Shown piece by piece: positions 45,868 through 55,745 of a stretch of 64,000 bases of DNA. How positions within the stretch are numbered: position 1 is the stretch's first letter; each line of letters starts with the position of its first letter. Source of the stretch: Tidjanibacter sp. (GTDB taxonomy: Bacteria; Bacteroidota; Bacteroidia; Bacteroidales; Rikenellaceae). Below the pieces are notes generated by a model. That model was not told the DNA's origin. It worked only from the letters and a program-made list of their open reading frames with translations, and ran no database searches. The stretch is from NCBI GenBank assembly GCA_045596685.1, contig JAZOCT010000001.1:4870-68869 (forward strand), given 5' to 3'. The position numbers were made by a program, and so were the translations under genes.

Positions 45868-47007
45868 GTGAGAAGAACGATTTCAATACTTTTGGCGCTT
45901 TTGTTGTGTGGAGTTAATATCTCCGCACAGGAGGTAGTGGGGAGGTTACCACAAGGGTGGCAACCACAGACCTCCTATCCTTTGGCGTGGAGCGGTGAGG
46001 GCGACTTCGAGGAGTGGAAGAGGGAGGCGCGAACCAAAATTGTGGAACTGATGGGCATAGCGCCCGAGGCCCCCACCACGACCTCCTATCGCACACTCGC
46101 CTCCGAGAAGAGGGAGGGCTACACTGCTCACAAAATCCTCTTCGAGGTGTCGAAAAATCACAATGTGGTGGCCTATCTACTCATTCCGGAGGGCGAGGGG
46201 CCTTTCCCCGCACTCTTGGCACTCCACGATCACGGTGCGAAATTTTCCATAGGCAAGGAGAAGATGGTGCGCCCCATTGGGGAGAGCCCCGAGGTGGAGA
46301 GAGAGGCCGAGGAGTGGAGTCACAAGTGCTACGATGGGGTGTTTACGGGCGATTGGTTTGCGCAGCAGGGCTATGTTGTGCTCGCCACCGATGCGCTTCT
46401 TTGGGGCAATAGGGGTGAGGGCGCAGAGGGACGACAAACCTCCTACGACACACAGCAGGCTCTCGCCTCAAACTGTCTGAAATTGGGCACCACGCTGGTG
46501 GGCATCATAACTTGGGACGATATTAGAAGTGTCGAGTTTCTCTCCTCACAGGAGTTTGTGGACCCCGAGCGTGTGGCCGTCTATGGTCACTCGATGGGTG
46601 GCCATCGGGCGTGGATGGTGGGTGCCCTCTCCGAGAGGGTGAAGGCTGTGGCAGCCATCTGTTGGATGGCGACCTCCGATGCGCTCTTGGCTACGGGTAA
46701 CAATGAACTCAAAGGCGGTTCGGCCTTTACGATGCAGGTTCCTTTTTTGAGTCGCTGGCTCGACAATCCCGATGTGGCATCGCTCATCTGCCCCCGAGCG
46801 GCACTCTTCATCAACGGGGCCCAAGATAAACTCTTCCCTACGGGAGTAGAGGAGGCCTTCGAGAAGATGGAGAGCGTATGGCGCTCACAGGGAGTGACCT
46901 CCAATATCCATTGCCATCTCTATCCCTCGCCTCACTACTTTGGCGTGGAGATGCAACAAGCCGTTGCGGAGTTTTTAGCAAATACCCTTACTCGCGCCTG
47001 CAAGTAA
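45868..47007 (+). CDS. secreted alpha/beta hydrolase (dienelactone hydrolase / acetyl-esterase-like)
   Basis: 379 aa, with a signal peptide and the nucleophile elbow GHSMGG. Confidence 0.6.
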   Translation: MRRTISILLALLLCGVNISAQEVVGRLPQGWQPQTSYPLAWSGEGDFEEWKREARTKIVELMGIAPEAPTTTSYRTLASEKREGYTAHKILFEVSKNHNVVAYLLIPEGEGPFPALLALHDHGAKFSIGKEKMVRPIGESPEVEREAEEWSHKCYDGVFTGDWFAQQGYVVLATDALLWGNRGEGAEGRQTSYDTQQALASNCLKLGTTLVGIITWDDIRSVEFLSSQEFVDPERVAVYGHSMGGHRAWMVGALSERVKAVAAICWMATSDALLATGNNELKGGSAFTMQVPFLSRWLDNPDVASLICPRAALFINGAQDKLFPTGVEEAFEKMESVWRSQGVTSNIHCHLYPSPHYFGVEMQQAVAEFLANTLTRACK

Positions 47008-47043
47008 GGGTATTTGTATGATTGGTCAAAGATTTTTTCTCTG

Positions 47044-47862
47044 TTAAGCAAGCCTACACACAAAGACCTCTTCGCCCGCAAAAATAGGTTTGTAGTTGGG
47101 CTCCTTGTCGAAGAGTCCATACATTGCCGAACCCGAGCCCGAGAGTGACGCATAGAAGGCTCCGCAGCGTTGCATTTCGCGCTTGATGTTGGGCAGAGCG
47201 GTGTATTTGTCGAAGAGAGAGGGCTCGAAATCGTTACGGATAGCACTCTGCCACTCGGCACGGGGCAGGCGTAGGCGCTCTTCGAGAGAGAGGTCGGGAA
47301 TGTGAGGCGCAACTCCTGCATAGGCCTCGGCAGTGGAAATGCCAAACGAGGGCTTCGAAATCACACACCACACACCCGATAAATCGACCTTCGCGGGGCT
47401 CATAACCTCTCCCCTGCCACGACAAAACATCGGCTGGGAGTGGATAAAGAATGGTATGTCGCTTCCCAAGCGCTCGGCAATGCCCACCATCTGTTCGGTG
47501 GTGAGGCGCAAATCGAAGAGTTCATTGAAACCCTTAATGGCGGCTGCGGCATCGGCGCTACCTCCACCCAGGCCCGCACCAAAGGGAATGTGCTTTTCGA
47601 GCCTGATGTTCACGCCCCCAATGCCATACATCTCGCGCATAAGCATCCACACCTTGACTACCAAGTTCCTATCGGCAGCACAATCTACATTGAGTCCCTC
47701 GATTTGGAGGTTGCACCCTCCACCCTCCGCAGGAAGGAGTTCGATGCGGTCCGATACGCAGGGCACCTGAACCATAAGGGTGTCTATTTCGTGGTAACCA
47801 TCGGGGCGACGGAAGAGTATGTCGAGCCCGAGGTTGATTTTTGGGTAGGCGGTAAGTATCAT
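47044..47862 (-). CDS. ispE: 4-diphosphocytidyl-2-C-methyl-D-erythritol kinase
   Basis: GHMP motif PFGAGLGGGSADAAA. I placed the start at MILTAYPKINLGL, internal to the tracked ORF. Confidence 0.85.
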   Translation of the reverse strand: MILTAYPKINLGLDILFRRPDGYHEIDTLMVQVPCVSDRIELLPAEGGGCNLQIEGLNVDCAADRNLVVKVWMLMREMYGIGGVNIRLEKHIPFGAGLGGGSADAAAAIKGFNELFDLRLTTEQMVGIAERLGSDIPFFIHSQPMFCRGRGEVMSPAKVDLSGVWCVISKPSFGISTAEAYAGVAPHIPDLSLEERLRLPRAEWQSAIRNDFEPSLFDKYTALPNIKREMQRCGAFYASLSGSGSAMYGLFDKEPNYKPIFAGEEVFVCRLA

Positions 47863-47937
47863 TTTAGCACTATTATTTAACGATAACAAAGATAATATTT
47901 TTATCTTTGTACTCAAAGAGTAACCAAATTTTCTACT

Positions 47938-48894
47938 ATGAACTTTCGTACCGAAATATCTATCACACCAAGTGTCAATAAGATAGACCAATCACAAAAA
48001 ATCCTATCCATAGGTTCGTGCTTTGCCGAAGAGGTCGCTGCGTGTCTTACGAAGGTGGGCGTAGAGGTGGTGAGCAACCCCCTGGGCACCCTCTACAACC
48101 CTCTGTCGATTGCCTCCTGTGTGGAGCGCATCACCCACAATAGGCACATTCGGCGTGAGGATTTGAAGTGTAGGGGCGATATATGGTTTTCGCTCGATAG
48201 TCACGGCTCCTTCGACAGTCCAGACCCCGAGGAGGTGGTGAGCACTATCAATCGCTCCATAGAGAATGCACACCAAGCCCTCACAACTACCGATTGGGTG
48301 ATTCTGACCCTCGGCACCTCGTGGGTGTTTGAGTACAATGGCGAGGTGGTGGCCAACTGCCACAAGATGCCCGCCAGGGAGTTTGTGCGTCGTAGGCTCT
48401 CCGTAGAGGAGGTCGTAGCCTCACTCGAAAAGACTCTCGCAATGCTCCCCAATAAGCGGGTAATCCTCTCCATCAGCCCCGTGCGCCATCTGGGTGACGG
48501 CTTGGAGGGCAACTCGCTCTCGAAGGCCACATTGCGCTTGGCCGTCGAGCAGTTGGTAGCACAAAATGAGAGGGTGTGCTACTTCCCCTCGTTTGAGATT
48601 CTGATTGACGATTTGCGCGACTACCGCTACTGTGGTGACGATATGATGCACCCTTCGAGGGGCGCAGTGGAGTATGTCTGGGAGCGTTTTTGTGAGATGT
48701 TCTTGGGTAGGGAGGCCTTGTGCGATGGAGAACTCTTCGAGAGGCTCACCGATGCCCGCAATCATCGCCCTCTCCATCCCGAAAGTGACGAACACCGTAC
48801 CTTCCGCGAGACTATGTTCCGCAAGGCGCTAACCCTCACACATAAGTTCCCAAAGAATCCTATCGCCTCCGAACTGATGAAATTCTTTGCGTAG
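47938..48894 (+). CDS. GSCFA-domain protein
   Basis: 318 aa with the eponymous motif SIGSCFAEE. Confidence 0.75.
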   Translation: MNFRTEISITPSVNKIDQSQKILSIGSCFAEEVAACLTKVGVEVVSNPLGTLYNPLSIASCVERITHNRHIRREDLKCRGDIWFSLDSHGSFDSPDPEEVVSTINRSIENAHQALTTTDWVILTLGTSWVFEYNGEVVANCHKMPAREFVRRRLSVEEVVASLEKTLAMLPNKRVILSISPVRHLGDGLEGNSLSKATLRLAVEQLVAQNERVCYFPSFEILIDDLRDYRYCGDDMMHPSRGAVEYVWERFCEMFLGREALCDGELFERLTDARNHRPLHPESDEHRTFRETMFRKALTLTHKFPKNPIASELMKFFA

Positions 48895-48941
48895 GATTCC
48901 TCGGGTGGCAGAACCCTCGCGACAAAACAAAGGGTGATTCG

Positions 48942-50213
48942 TTATGAATCACCCTTTGTTTTACGAATAATGCGCAAAACCTTACGAGAGCGTTGCGTCA
49001 TATAGACCCCCTCTCGCTCGGCAAACTCCGCAAGGTGCTCCATCTTATAGCCCCTGATGGTGAGCAACTCCATATCGGTGTTGTACTTCACCGTGAAGCC
49101 CGCCTTATGGAATGCATCGACAATCTCCTCCAAATAGCGTGTGGAGTCAATACACAGGGCCATACTGATGGCCGAATTCTGCACCAAATGTACCTTCGCA
49201 CGATGGGCTTCCAAAATGTGGAATATCTCCGCCATACGTTCCTCCAAAATGAACGAGTAGTCCTCGGGCTTGATGGAGAGGAGTATCTGGTTCTTCTTCA
49301 AGATGAGAATGGGGGTGTCGATGGGCTTGGCAATCTCCGCCTTGATGACACTGCCCGGCAATGAAGGATTCACAAAACACCTTACATATAAGGGTATGTT
49401 CTTATTTTGGAGTGGTTTGATGGTCTTTGGGTGGATAATCTGCGCGCCACTATATGCGAGTTCTATTGCGTCGAGGTAGGTGAGTTCGGGGATGTAGGTC
49501 ACGCCCTCGAACTGCTTGGGGTCGCCATTGAGAATGCCCTCCACATCCTTCCAAATCGACACACTCTCCGCACCGAGTATGTAGCCCGCAACGGCTGCCG
49601 AGTAGTCGGAGCCCTCGCGTCCGATGGTGGTGGTGGCTCCCTGCTCGGTGGCACCAATGAAACCCTGACTGACAATAACCCTCTCCTCGGTGGTCTCCAC
49701 AGCACGCAATAGGCGAGGGGTGGAGGCCTCAATGTCTATGTTGGCATCGCGGAAACGACTATTGGTGAGGAATAAGCGCCTTATGTCGAGCCACTTACTA
49801 TCCACTCCTGCAAAGTTGAGGTAGTCGCTCACGATGGCTGTGGAGATGAGTTCGCCAAAACTCACAATCCTGTCGTACCACTCCTCATAGGTGCGACTTT
49901 TGGGGTTCGAGAGGGTGATAATCTCCTCCAACTCCTCGTAGAAGCCTCTGACCAGCGTGGGCAGATGGGGTTCACCCCAAAGGTCGGCAAGAATCCCTGC
50001 GTGGTAGTCTACAATATCCTGCATTGCAACCACCGCCTCTCCTGTGCGACCTGTCCAAAAACTCTCCATTACCCTTTCGAGAGCATTGGTAGTCTTGCCC
50101 ATAGCCGACACAACGATAAACAAGCGCCCCTCCGTTTGGCGGGCAATCTCCGCAAGGTTCCTTACACCTGCCGCCTCCTTCACCGAGGCTCCTCCGAATT
50201 TATATACCTTCAT
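48942..50213 (-). CDS. lysC: aspartate kinase
   Basis: 423 aa, with MKVYKFGGASV and C-terminal ACT-like repeats. Confidence 0.85.
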   Translation of the reverse strand: MKVYKFGGASVKEAAGVRNLAEIARQTEGRLFIVVSAMGKTTNALERVMESFWTGRTGEAVVAMQDIVDYHAGILADLWGEPHLPTLVRGFYEELEEIITLSNPKSRTYEEWYDRIVSFGELISTAIVSDYLNFAGVDSKWLDIRRLFLTNSRFRDANIDIEASTPRLLRAVETTEERVIVSQGFIGATEQGATTTIGREGSDYSAAVAGYILGAESVSIWKDVEGILNGDPKQFEGVTYIPELTYLDAIELAYSGAQIIHPKTIKPLQNKNIPLYVRCFVNPSLPGSVIKAEIAKPIDTPILILKKNQILLSIKPEDYSFILEERMAEIFHILEAHRAKVHLVQNSAISMALCIDSTRYLEEIVDAFHKAGFTVKYNTDMELLTIRGYKMEHLAEFAEREGVYMTQRSRKVLRIIRKTKGDS

Positions 50214-50241
50214 ATTGTTTATTGTTTCACTTGTAACTTAT

Positions 50242-50500
50242 CACTCGCAAGGCTTGTTTTTGTGGGCGTTTTCTGCGTTACGCTCGGGTTCGGATTGCTC
50301 ATTTGCCCCCAGCAAACTGCGCATCCTCACCCATCGCAAGCCTTGAAACCACCTCACAAAAAGCAACCCTACGGGTAGCGTTATTATTGTGTTTTCACAC
50401 TCGCAAGGCTTGTTTTGTGGTCGTTTTCTGCGTTACCCTCGGGCTCGGATTGCTCATTTGCCCCCGGCAAACTGCGCCCCTTCACCCACCTAATCCTTGA
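50242..50500. repeat. two tandem copies (about 105 nt each) of the structured repeat family, in reverse orientation
   Basis: Copies at 50242-50345 and 50397-50500. Their reverse complements contain caaggcttgcga...gcgcagtttgc-NGGGG-gcaaatgagcaatcc...gagcgtaacgcagaaaacgccc, which parallels copy 2 at 17011. Confidence 0.8.
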
Positions 50501-50530
50501 AAGTCTAACCCTTAAAGTCTTCTCTGGCCC

Positions 50531-51847
50531 CTATTTGGCAGCGTTCCGCTCTTTGTTGAGGTGTTTGTATATCTCCTCCGTTGCGAGGGATATTTTCGTA
50601 ACCGAGAAATCCTCGCCCTGGGGGTAGACAAACATCGTATCCGTCAGGGTGCTCAAATCCACGCAGTCGCGCTTCCAACGGCGGTAGTCATACTCAATGT
50701 GGATGGAGTAGCGTTGGGAGGCGGGGATGGTCATCGAGTAGTCGATGCCGTCGAACTCGCCACGAAGCGAAAAACCATTCATATCGTGTGTCAGCACGCC
50801 CTCGCCCAACTCCACAAATCTGCGTGGGTGGGGTAGTGCGCGAACATCCGATTTGAGCGTCGTCCCATAGGTGCCGGCCTCGACCTCTTTGCGGACATTC
50901 ATCCTCTCCCACTCATACCAATCGGGGATGTGGGCAAAGTGGGTTTCGCCCTCGGTGGCCTCCAATTGGCCATACTCATTCATCCACCAACGGTGGCCAC
51001 ACTCCTTACACCAGAGGTGCGAACCCTCGCTTGCCATACGGAACTCCTTGCCACAATGGGGGCATTGGTAGAGAACTTTGTGCAGGCCTTCGGCGCGGGT
51101 GCGCTTGGTCATACGAATCTGGTTGTCGCGCTGCCAAGCAAAGTCGTCGTAGTAGAACTCGCGGTTGATGACCTCCATAATTTGGTTGTAGTCCATCTTC
51201 TCAATCTCCTCCACCGTGAGAATCTGTTTCATCGTAGCCTCGGTCTTGATAAACCTGTCGCCCGTATGCCAGAATGGGGAGTTGATGTGGTTGCCCTGTG
51301 TGATGAGGGTCACGACGGGCAGTTTGAGGAGTTTCACGAGTTTGCCGAGCGAGGGTGGCAGGATGGCGTTGGTGCCACAGAGCGAGTAGCGGGCTTCGGG
51401 GTAGAAGGCAACTACTTTACGGCGCTCTTTTATCTCGCGCAATTGGCGCACAAGGCGGGTGTCGTTGGTGAACTTACGCTTGGGAATACAACCCACGCGC
51501 GCCATCAGCCACGCGAGAATGCCACCAATGCCCACAAAGCCGTCAATGGCCACAATGTAGTATGCCTGATTGGGGAAGGTTGCCTTGATGGCCACCATAA
51601 AATCGTAGAAGGCATTATGGTTGCAGAGAAGCAGGTAGGGTCGCCTAACGCCCTCCATATTCACTTTGCGTATGCGGGTGCGGTGAATCCAAGTAACGGG
51701 GAATGAGGCAATCCACATTACAGGACGTAGCCACCACGAAACCCTCTTGGGTTTGGCGCTCATATCGAGCCTTCTGGCACCCTCCACCAGCGGGGTGTAG
51801 TCGTCGAGTTCTTTTGTCTTTTTAGTATTGTCAGTGTTCGGTTGCAT
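50531..51847 (-). CDS. PlsC-family acyltransferase with a C-terminal zinc-ribbon region
   Basis: 438 aa, with the HX4D motif CNHNAFYD and CPHCG...CKECG. Confidence 0.65.
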   Translation of the reverse strand: MQPNTDNTKKTKELDDYTPLVEGARRLDMSAKPKRVSWWLRPVMWIASFPVTWIHRTRIRKVNMEGVRRPYLLLCNHNAFYDFMVAIKATFPNQAYYIVAIDGFVGIGGILAWLMARVGCIPKRKFTNDTRLVRQLREIKERRKVVAFYPEARYSLCGTNAILPPSLGKLVKLLKLPVVTLITQGNHINSPFWHTGDRFIKTEATMKQILTVEEIEKMDYNQIMEVINREFYYDDFAWQRDNQIRMTKRTRAEGLHKVLYQCPHCGKEFRMASEGSHLWCKECGHRWWMNEYGQLEATEGETHFAHIPDWYEWERMNVRKEVEAGTYGTTLKSDVRALPHPRRFVELGEGVLTHDMNGFSLRGEFDGIDYSMTIPASQRYSIHIEYDYRRWKRDCVDLSTLTDTMFVYPQGEDFSVTKISLATEEIYKHLNKERNAAK

Positions 51848-51992
51848 AGAGAAATTTGTTTAGTAAAACCCTAACCCAATGGGCAATTAACCACAAAGAT
51901 AGTACAAAAAAGAAAAAAGCGGGTGGAGTTGTTCCATTTCTCCCACTTTTTTGCCATATTTGTAGTGTATAATGCAAAAATAATGGATGATT

Positions 51993-52814
51993 ATGTATAG
52001 CGAACTGAAAAAACATATTGAGGATGCGTGGGAGAATCGTGAGTTGCTCAACAACCCCGAGGTGCTCGACGCTATCGAAAGAGTCGTCACACTTCTCGAT
52101 GAGGGTAAGGTGAGGGTTGCCGAGCCCATCGAAGAGGGTAGGTGGCAGGTGAATGAGTGGGTGAAAAAGGCGGTGATTCTCTATTTCCCCACCCACGAGA
52201 TGACAACTTCCCACGCAGGTGACTTGGAGTTCTACGACAAATTACCCCTCAAAAAAGGCTACAAAGAGTTGGGGGTGAGGGTCGTACCTCACGCTGTGGC
52301 GCGTCGTGGTGCCTACCTTGCAAAGGGGGTTATTATGATGCCCTCCTATGTGAACATCGGAGCCTATGTGGATAGTGGCACGATGGTCGATACTTGGGCG
52401 ACGGTTGGCTCGTGTGCCCAGATTGGCAAAGGGGTCCATTTGAGCGGTGGTGTGGGCATCGGTGGCGTTTTGGAGCCCGTACAGGCCGCCCCCGTAATCG
52501 TGGAGGACAACTGCTTCCTCGGGTCGAGGTGTATTGTTGTGGAGGGTGCCCATATCGGCAAAGAGTCGGTGTTGGGTGCGGGTACCATCATCACCTCCTC
52601 GACCAAAATTATCGACGTGACGGGCGCAGAACCCATTGAGTATAAAGGTTATGTACCTCCTCGCTCGGTGGTTATTCCGGGTAGTTACAAGCGCCAATAC
52701 CCCGCAGGGGAGTATTCGGTAGGGTGTGCCCTCATCATCGGTAAGCGCAAGGAGAGTACCGACAAAAAGACCTCTCTGAATGACGCATTGCGCGAATTTG
52801 GCGTGTCGGTATAA
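51993..52814 (+). CDS. dapD: tetrahydrodipicolinate N-succinyltransferase
   Basis: Hexapeptide-repeat protein with N-terminus MYSELKKHIEDAWENRELL. An alternative ATG lies at 51987. Confidence 0.8.
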   Translation: MYSELKKHIEDAWENRELLNNPEVLDAIERVVTLLDEGKVRVAEPIEEGRWQVNEWVKKAVILYFPTHEMTTSHAGDLEFYDKLPLKKGYKELGVRVVPHAVARRGAYLAKGVIMMPSYVNIGAYVDSGTMVDTWATVGSCAQIGKGVHLSGGVGIGGVLEPVQAAPVIVEDNCFLGSRCIVVEGAHIGKESVLGAGTIITSSTKIIDVTGAEPIEYKGYVPPRSVVIPGSYKRQYPAGEYSVGCALIIGKRKESTDKKTSLNDALREFGVSV

Positions 52815-52831
52815 CAAACAATCGAGAACCT

Positions 52832-53548
52832 ATGGCAGTTTTTATCTATAAGTCTATGCCTTCGACAAATTCGGAGGTGGCAAAACCCGGCTATCGTCAC
52901 GGCGATGCAGTCATTGCGCGTGAGCAGACCGCAGGCAGGGGCCAAAGAGGTAATAAGTGGAGTAGCAAGGCGGGGGAAAACCTCACCTTCTCGCTTGTGT
53001 GGGAGCCCTCTTTTATGGAGGCGAAGCGTCAGTTTTTACTCTCGGAGGCTGTGGCTCTGGCACTTGTGGACACCCTCAAACAATACGATATCCGCTCCAA
53101 AATCAAGTGGACAAACGATATTTATGTGGGTAACAAGAAGATTTGTGGTATCCTCATTGAGCACACCCTCGGGACCGAGGGGCACCTTGCGCGCACGATA
53201 GTGGGCATTGGGCTCAATGTCAATCAGCGCGAGTTTGAGGAGTGGGTGCCCAACCCCACCTCTATGGCGACGGTTGCGGGCCACGAGTTCGATATGAACC
53301 AGGTCTTTCAGAGGCTCTATGACGCTTTGGAGGCGCGCTATGAGCAGTTGCAGAGTGCCCCCGAGGAGATAGAGAGGGAGTATGACGCGCTACTCTACCG
53401 CAAGGGCGAACTGCATACATACGGCTTGCCCTCGGGCAAAAAGTTTCAGGGTGTCATTCAGGGTGTTAAGTCTACGGGAGAGTTGTTGGTTGAGAGCGAA
53501 GGGATGGTTGTACCTTATCTCTTCAAAGAGGTGGAATTCATCATTTAG
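52832..53548 (+). CDS. birA: biotin--[acetyl-CoA-carboxylase] ligase
   Basis: 238 aa, with GRGQRGNKW and KWTNDIYV motifs. Confidence 0.8.
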   Translation: MAVFIYKSMPSTNSEVAKPGYRHGDAVIAREQTAGRGQRGNKWSSKAGENLTFSLVWEPSFMEAKRQFLLSEAVALALVDTLKQYDIRSKIKWTNDIYVGNKKICGILIEHTLGTEGHLARTIVGIGLNVNQREFEEWVPNPTSMATVAGHEFDMNQVFQRLYDALEARYEQLQSAPEEIEREYDALLYRKGELHTYGLPSGKKFQGVIQGVKSTGELLVESEGMVVPYLFKEVEFII

Positions 53549-53574
53549 CGAGCACATCTCGTGGGGGAGTGGAG

Positions 53575-53692
53575 GTCTAACATCTAACGTCGCGGGCGAC
53601 AAATCGCCCGAGGAAATATTAGTGAAGATAGGGAATTTAGTGAATTTAGAGAAGAGAGCCCTAACCTCCCTAACCTCCCTAACCCTCCCTAA
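53575..53692. repeat. repeat cluster: GTCTAAC units, a CGCGGGC hairpin and a CCTAACCTC 9-mer array
   Basis: gtctaacatctaacgtc, then gcgggcgacaaatcgcccg. ccctaacctccctaacctccctaaccctccctaa (53658-53692) is the reverse complement of the TTAGGGAGG units at 1201. Confidence 0.9.
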
Positions 53693-53797
53693 TTGGGGTA
53701 GAGCAAAGGCTACACTAAAAGTTTTTTGCGTCGCTTTTTTACAAAAAAGCGACAGAGATGTGAAGTTTTTACAAAAAAATCAAAGAAAAATTAGGGG

Positions 53798-53829
53798 GGC
53801 GTGCAACGTTTTGCCCCTTTTATGCATCT
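53798..53829 (+). promoter_or_regulatory. 32-nt conserved motif (candidate ECF-type promoter or operator), copy B
   Basis: GGCGTGCAACGTTTTGCCCCTTTTATGCATCT, 22 nt upstream of the ECF sigma ATG. Confidence 0.5.
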
Positions 53830-53851
53830 TAATAAATAGAGAGAAAGGTAA

Positions 53852-54403
53852 ATGACCATCGAGAGCATCATACGGGGTTGCTGTGAGGGCGACGCGGAGG
53901 CTCGCAGGGAACTTTATGAGAGGTACGCCACAGCGATGTTCTCGCTTGTGAGGCGCTACATAAAGGTGCGTGCGACAGCCGAGGATGTGTTCCACGATGG
54001 CTTCGTTGTGCTCTACACCAAGATTGGTGAGTGGCGCGGAGATGGACCTTTCGAGGGGTGGATGAGGAGAATATTCATCAACACGGCACTCACACACCTA
54101 CGACGAGAGAGAGGTGTGGAGGCTGTGGATGAGGATGTGAGCGAACTACCGCCCGGCACCATAGGGGGTGCCCCTCCCGATGCGGTGGAGAGGTTGGGCG
54201 ACAAGGAACTCCTCGCTATGGTGGAACGACTACCCGAAGGGTTCCGAACAGTACTGATGCTACACGCGGTGGATGGTTACAGCCACGCAGAAATTGCCCA
54301 AATGCTCTCCATTGGCGAGGCAACAAGCCGTAGTCAGTTTTTGAGGGCAAAGGCAAGGCTCTCGGAGATGATTGCCAGAGAAAACAGAGAAAAGAGTCAC
54401 TAA
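53852..54403 (+). CDS. ECF-type RNA polymerase sigma-70 family factor
   Basis: 183 aa. Region 2 is FHDGFVVLY...FEGWMRRIFINTAL. Region 4 is VLMLHAVDGYSHAEIAQMLSIGEATSRSQFLRAK. Confidence 0.85.
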   Translation: MTIESIIRGCCEGDAEARRELYERYATAMFSLVRRYIKVRATAEDVFHDGFVVLYTKIGEWRGDGPFEGWMRRIFINTALTHLRRERGVEAVDEDVSELPPGTIGGAPPDAVERLGDKELLAMVERLPEGFRTVLMLHAVDGYSHAEIAQMLSIGEATSRSQFLRAKARLSEMIARENREKSH

Positions 54404-54434
54404 AACACTTAAAAAACGTAGAGAAACAGTTTGT

Positions 54435-55736
54435 ATGAAAGATATTTTGGACGATAAATTAACCCAAGAGGTGGGCGATAAGTTGAGAGGCTTCCGCGAA
54501 GAGCCACCCGCAGGGATGTTCGAGCGCATCGAGCAGACCTTGCAGGCGAGTGGCGTTGTGAAGCCCGCAACAACCCCCGCTGTGCAGAGTGAGCCCGTGA
54601 AGGTCGTGCCCCTGTGGAACCGTTTGTGGGTGAAGGGTGTGGCGGCAACTCTGGCCGCAGCCTCGCTTGCAGTGGCCCTGATGGTTGGGTTGAGAGAGAA
54701 TATGCCCGAGGAGGTGGTGGTTGCACAGCAGATGCCTCCAATGGAGGTCCCCACACCCGAAATCCAGGCCACCGAGGCGGTGGAGGTCGAAGAGGTGGAG
54801 ATGTTGGCGGCAACCATTGCGCCCCGAGTTGCAAAACCGATGGTGGCAAAGGTTACAATGGAGACTATGCCCATCGTAGAACAGGTTGAGAGCGAGAAAC
54901 AAACAACACCCGAGGGCGACCCAAACCAAACAACAACCATCAGCAAGAAGAACAAAAACACCAAGACCACACGCTCTCGTCAGCGCTCTTCGGCGCGTAG
55001 GAGCGATGCGGAGTTGGAGGAGTATTGGCGCAGTATCTTCACCGAGGAGCCTCGCAAGAGGAGTCTTGCACATCCTACGCAGGTGGGGCTCTACGCCTCG
55101 AACCTCGGCTTCGACCAGGGACACATCAACTCCAATGAGGTGGTGAATAGTTCTATGCTGCTCACCGACAACAATCAACTCGCCTCGGGTGGCAACTATC
55201 TGGCACCCACTCTTGTACAGCCCAAACCCAAGTCACATCTCGAACACTTTATGCCCGTTACGGTGGGTGTGACGGTGAGTTATGCGCTGGGTGACTGGAT
55301 ATCGCTCGACAGCGGTCTGCTCTACACCAACCTCTACTCCACAAGCGATGCTTCGGGAACAATAAGTGACTTCGGCAGAAGGCGCACGTTGGATTACCTC
55401 GGTGTGCCGCTCGCAATGTCGGTCTACTTTGCCGATTTTGACCGCCTCTCGCTCTATGGTCGTCTGGGGGGTACGGCAGAGTTGTGTATCAGCGCCAAAG
55501 ATAAGGAGTATATGGATGGCGTAATGACCAAAAAGACCAAACTCGATGTTGCACCTCTCACCTTCTCGCTCGATGCAGCGGTGGGTGCAGGGTATGCTCT
55601 CTGGGGAGGTTTCGGACTCTTTGGTGAGGTGGGTTGTTCCTATTGGATGGCCCCCGACGACTACCCCGAAAACTATCGCACAATTCACCCATTGAGCCTC
55701 TCCATCAGGGCGGGTTTGCGTTTCACCTTTAACTAA
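54435..55736 (+). CDS. putative anti-sigma-like protein with a C-terminal outer-membrane beta-barrel domain
   Basis: It follows the sigma gene directly. It has one TM segment (VAATLAAASLAVALMV), a low-complexity linker and C-terminal porin-like strands ending in RFTFN. Confidence 0.5.
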   Translation: MKDILDDKLTQEVGDKLRGFREEPPAGMFERIEQTLQASGVVKPATTPAVQSEPVKVVPLWNRLWVKGVAATLAAASLAVALMVGLRENMPEEVVVAQQMPPMEVPTPEIQATEAVEVEEVEMLAATIAPRVAKPMVAKVTMETMPIVEQVESEKQTTPEGDPNQTTTISKKNKNTKTTRSRQRSSARRSDAELEEYWRSIFTEEPRKRSLAHPTQVGLYASNLGFDQGHINSNEVVNSSMLLTDNNQLASGGNYLAPTLVQPKPKSHLEHFMPVTVGVTVSYALGDWISLDSGLLYTNLYSTSDASGTISDFGRRRTLDYLGVPLAMSVYFADFDRLSLYGRLGGTAELCISAKDKEYMDGVMTKKTKLDVAPLTFSLDAAVGAGYALWGGFGLFGEVGCSYWMAPDDYPENYRTIHPLSLSIRAGLRFTFN

Positions 55737-55745
55737 TTGGGCACT

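Noticed and set aside
50214-50530. Lysine riboswitch or amino-acid attenuator upstream of lysC.
   Set aside because: I could not recognise L-box conserved segments or a leader peptide. The interval is explained by two copies of the structured repeat. This remains open until a covariance-model scan is run.
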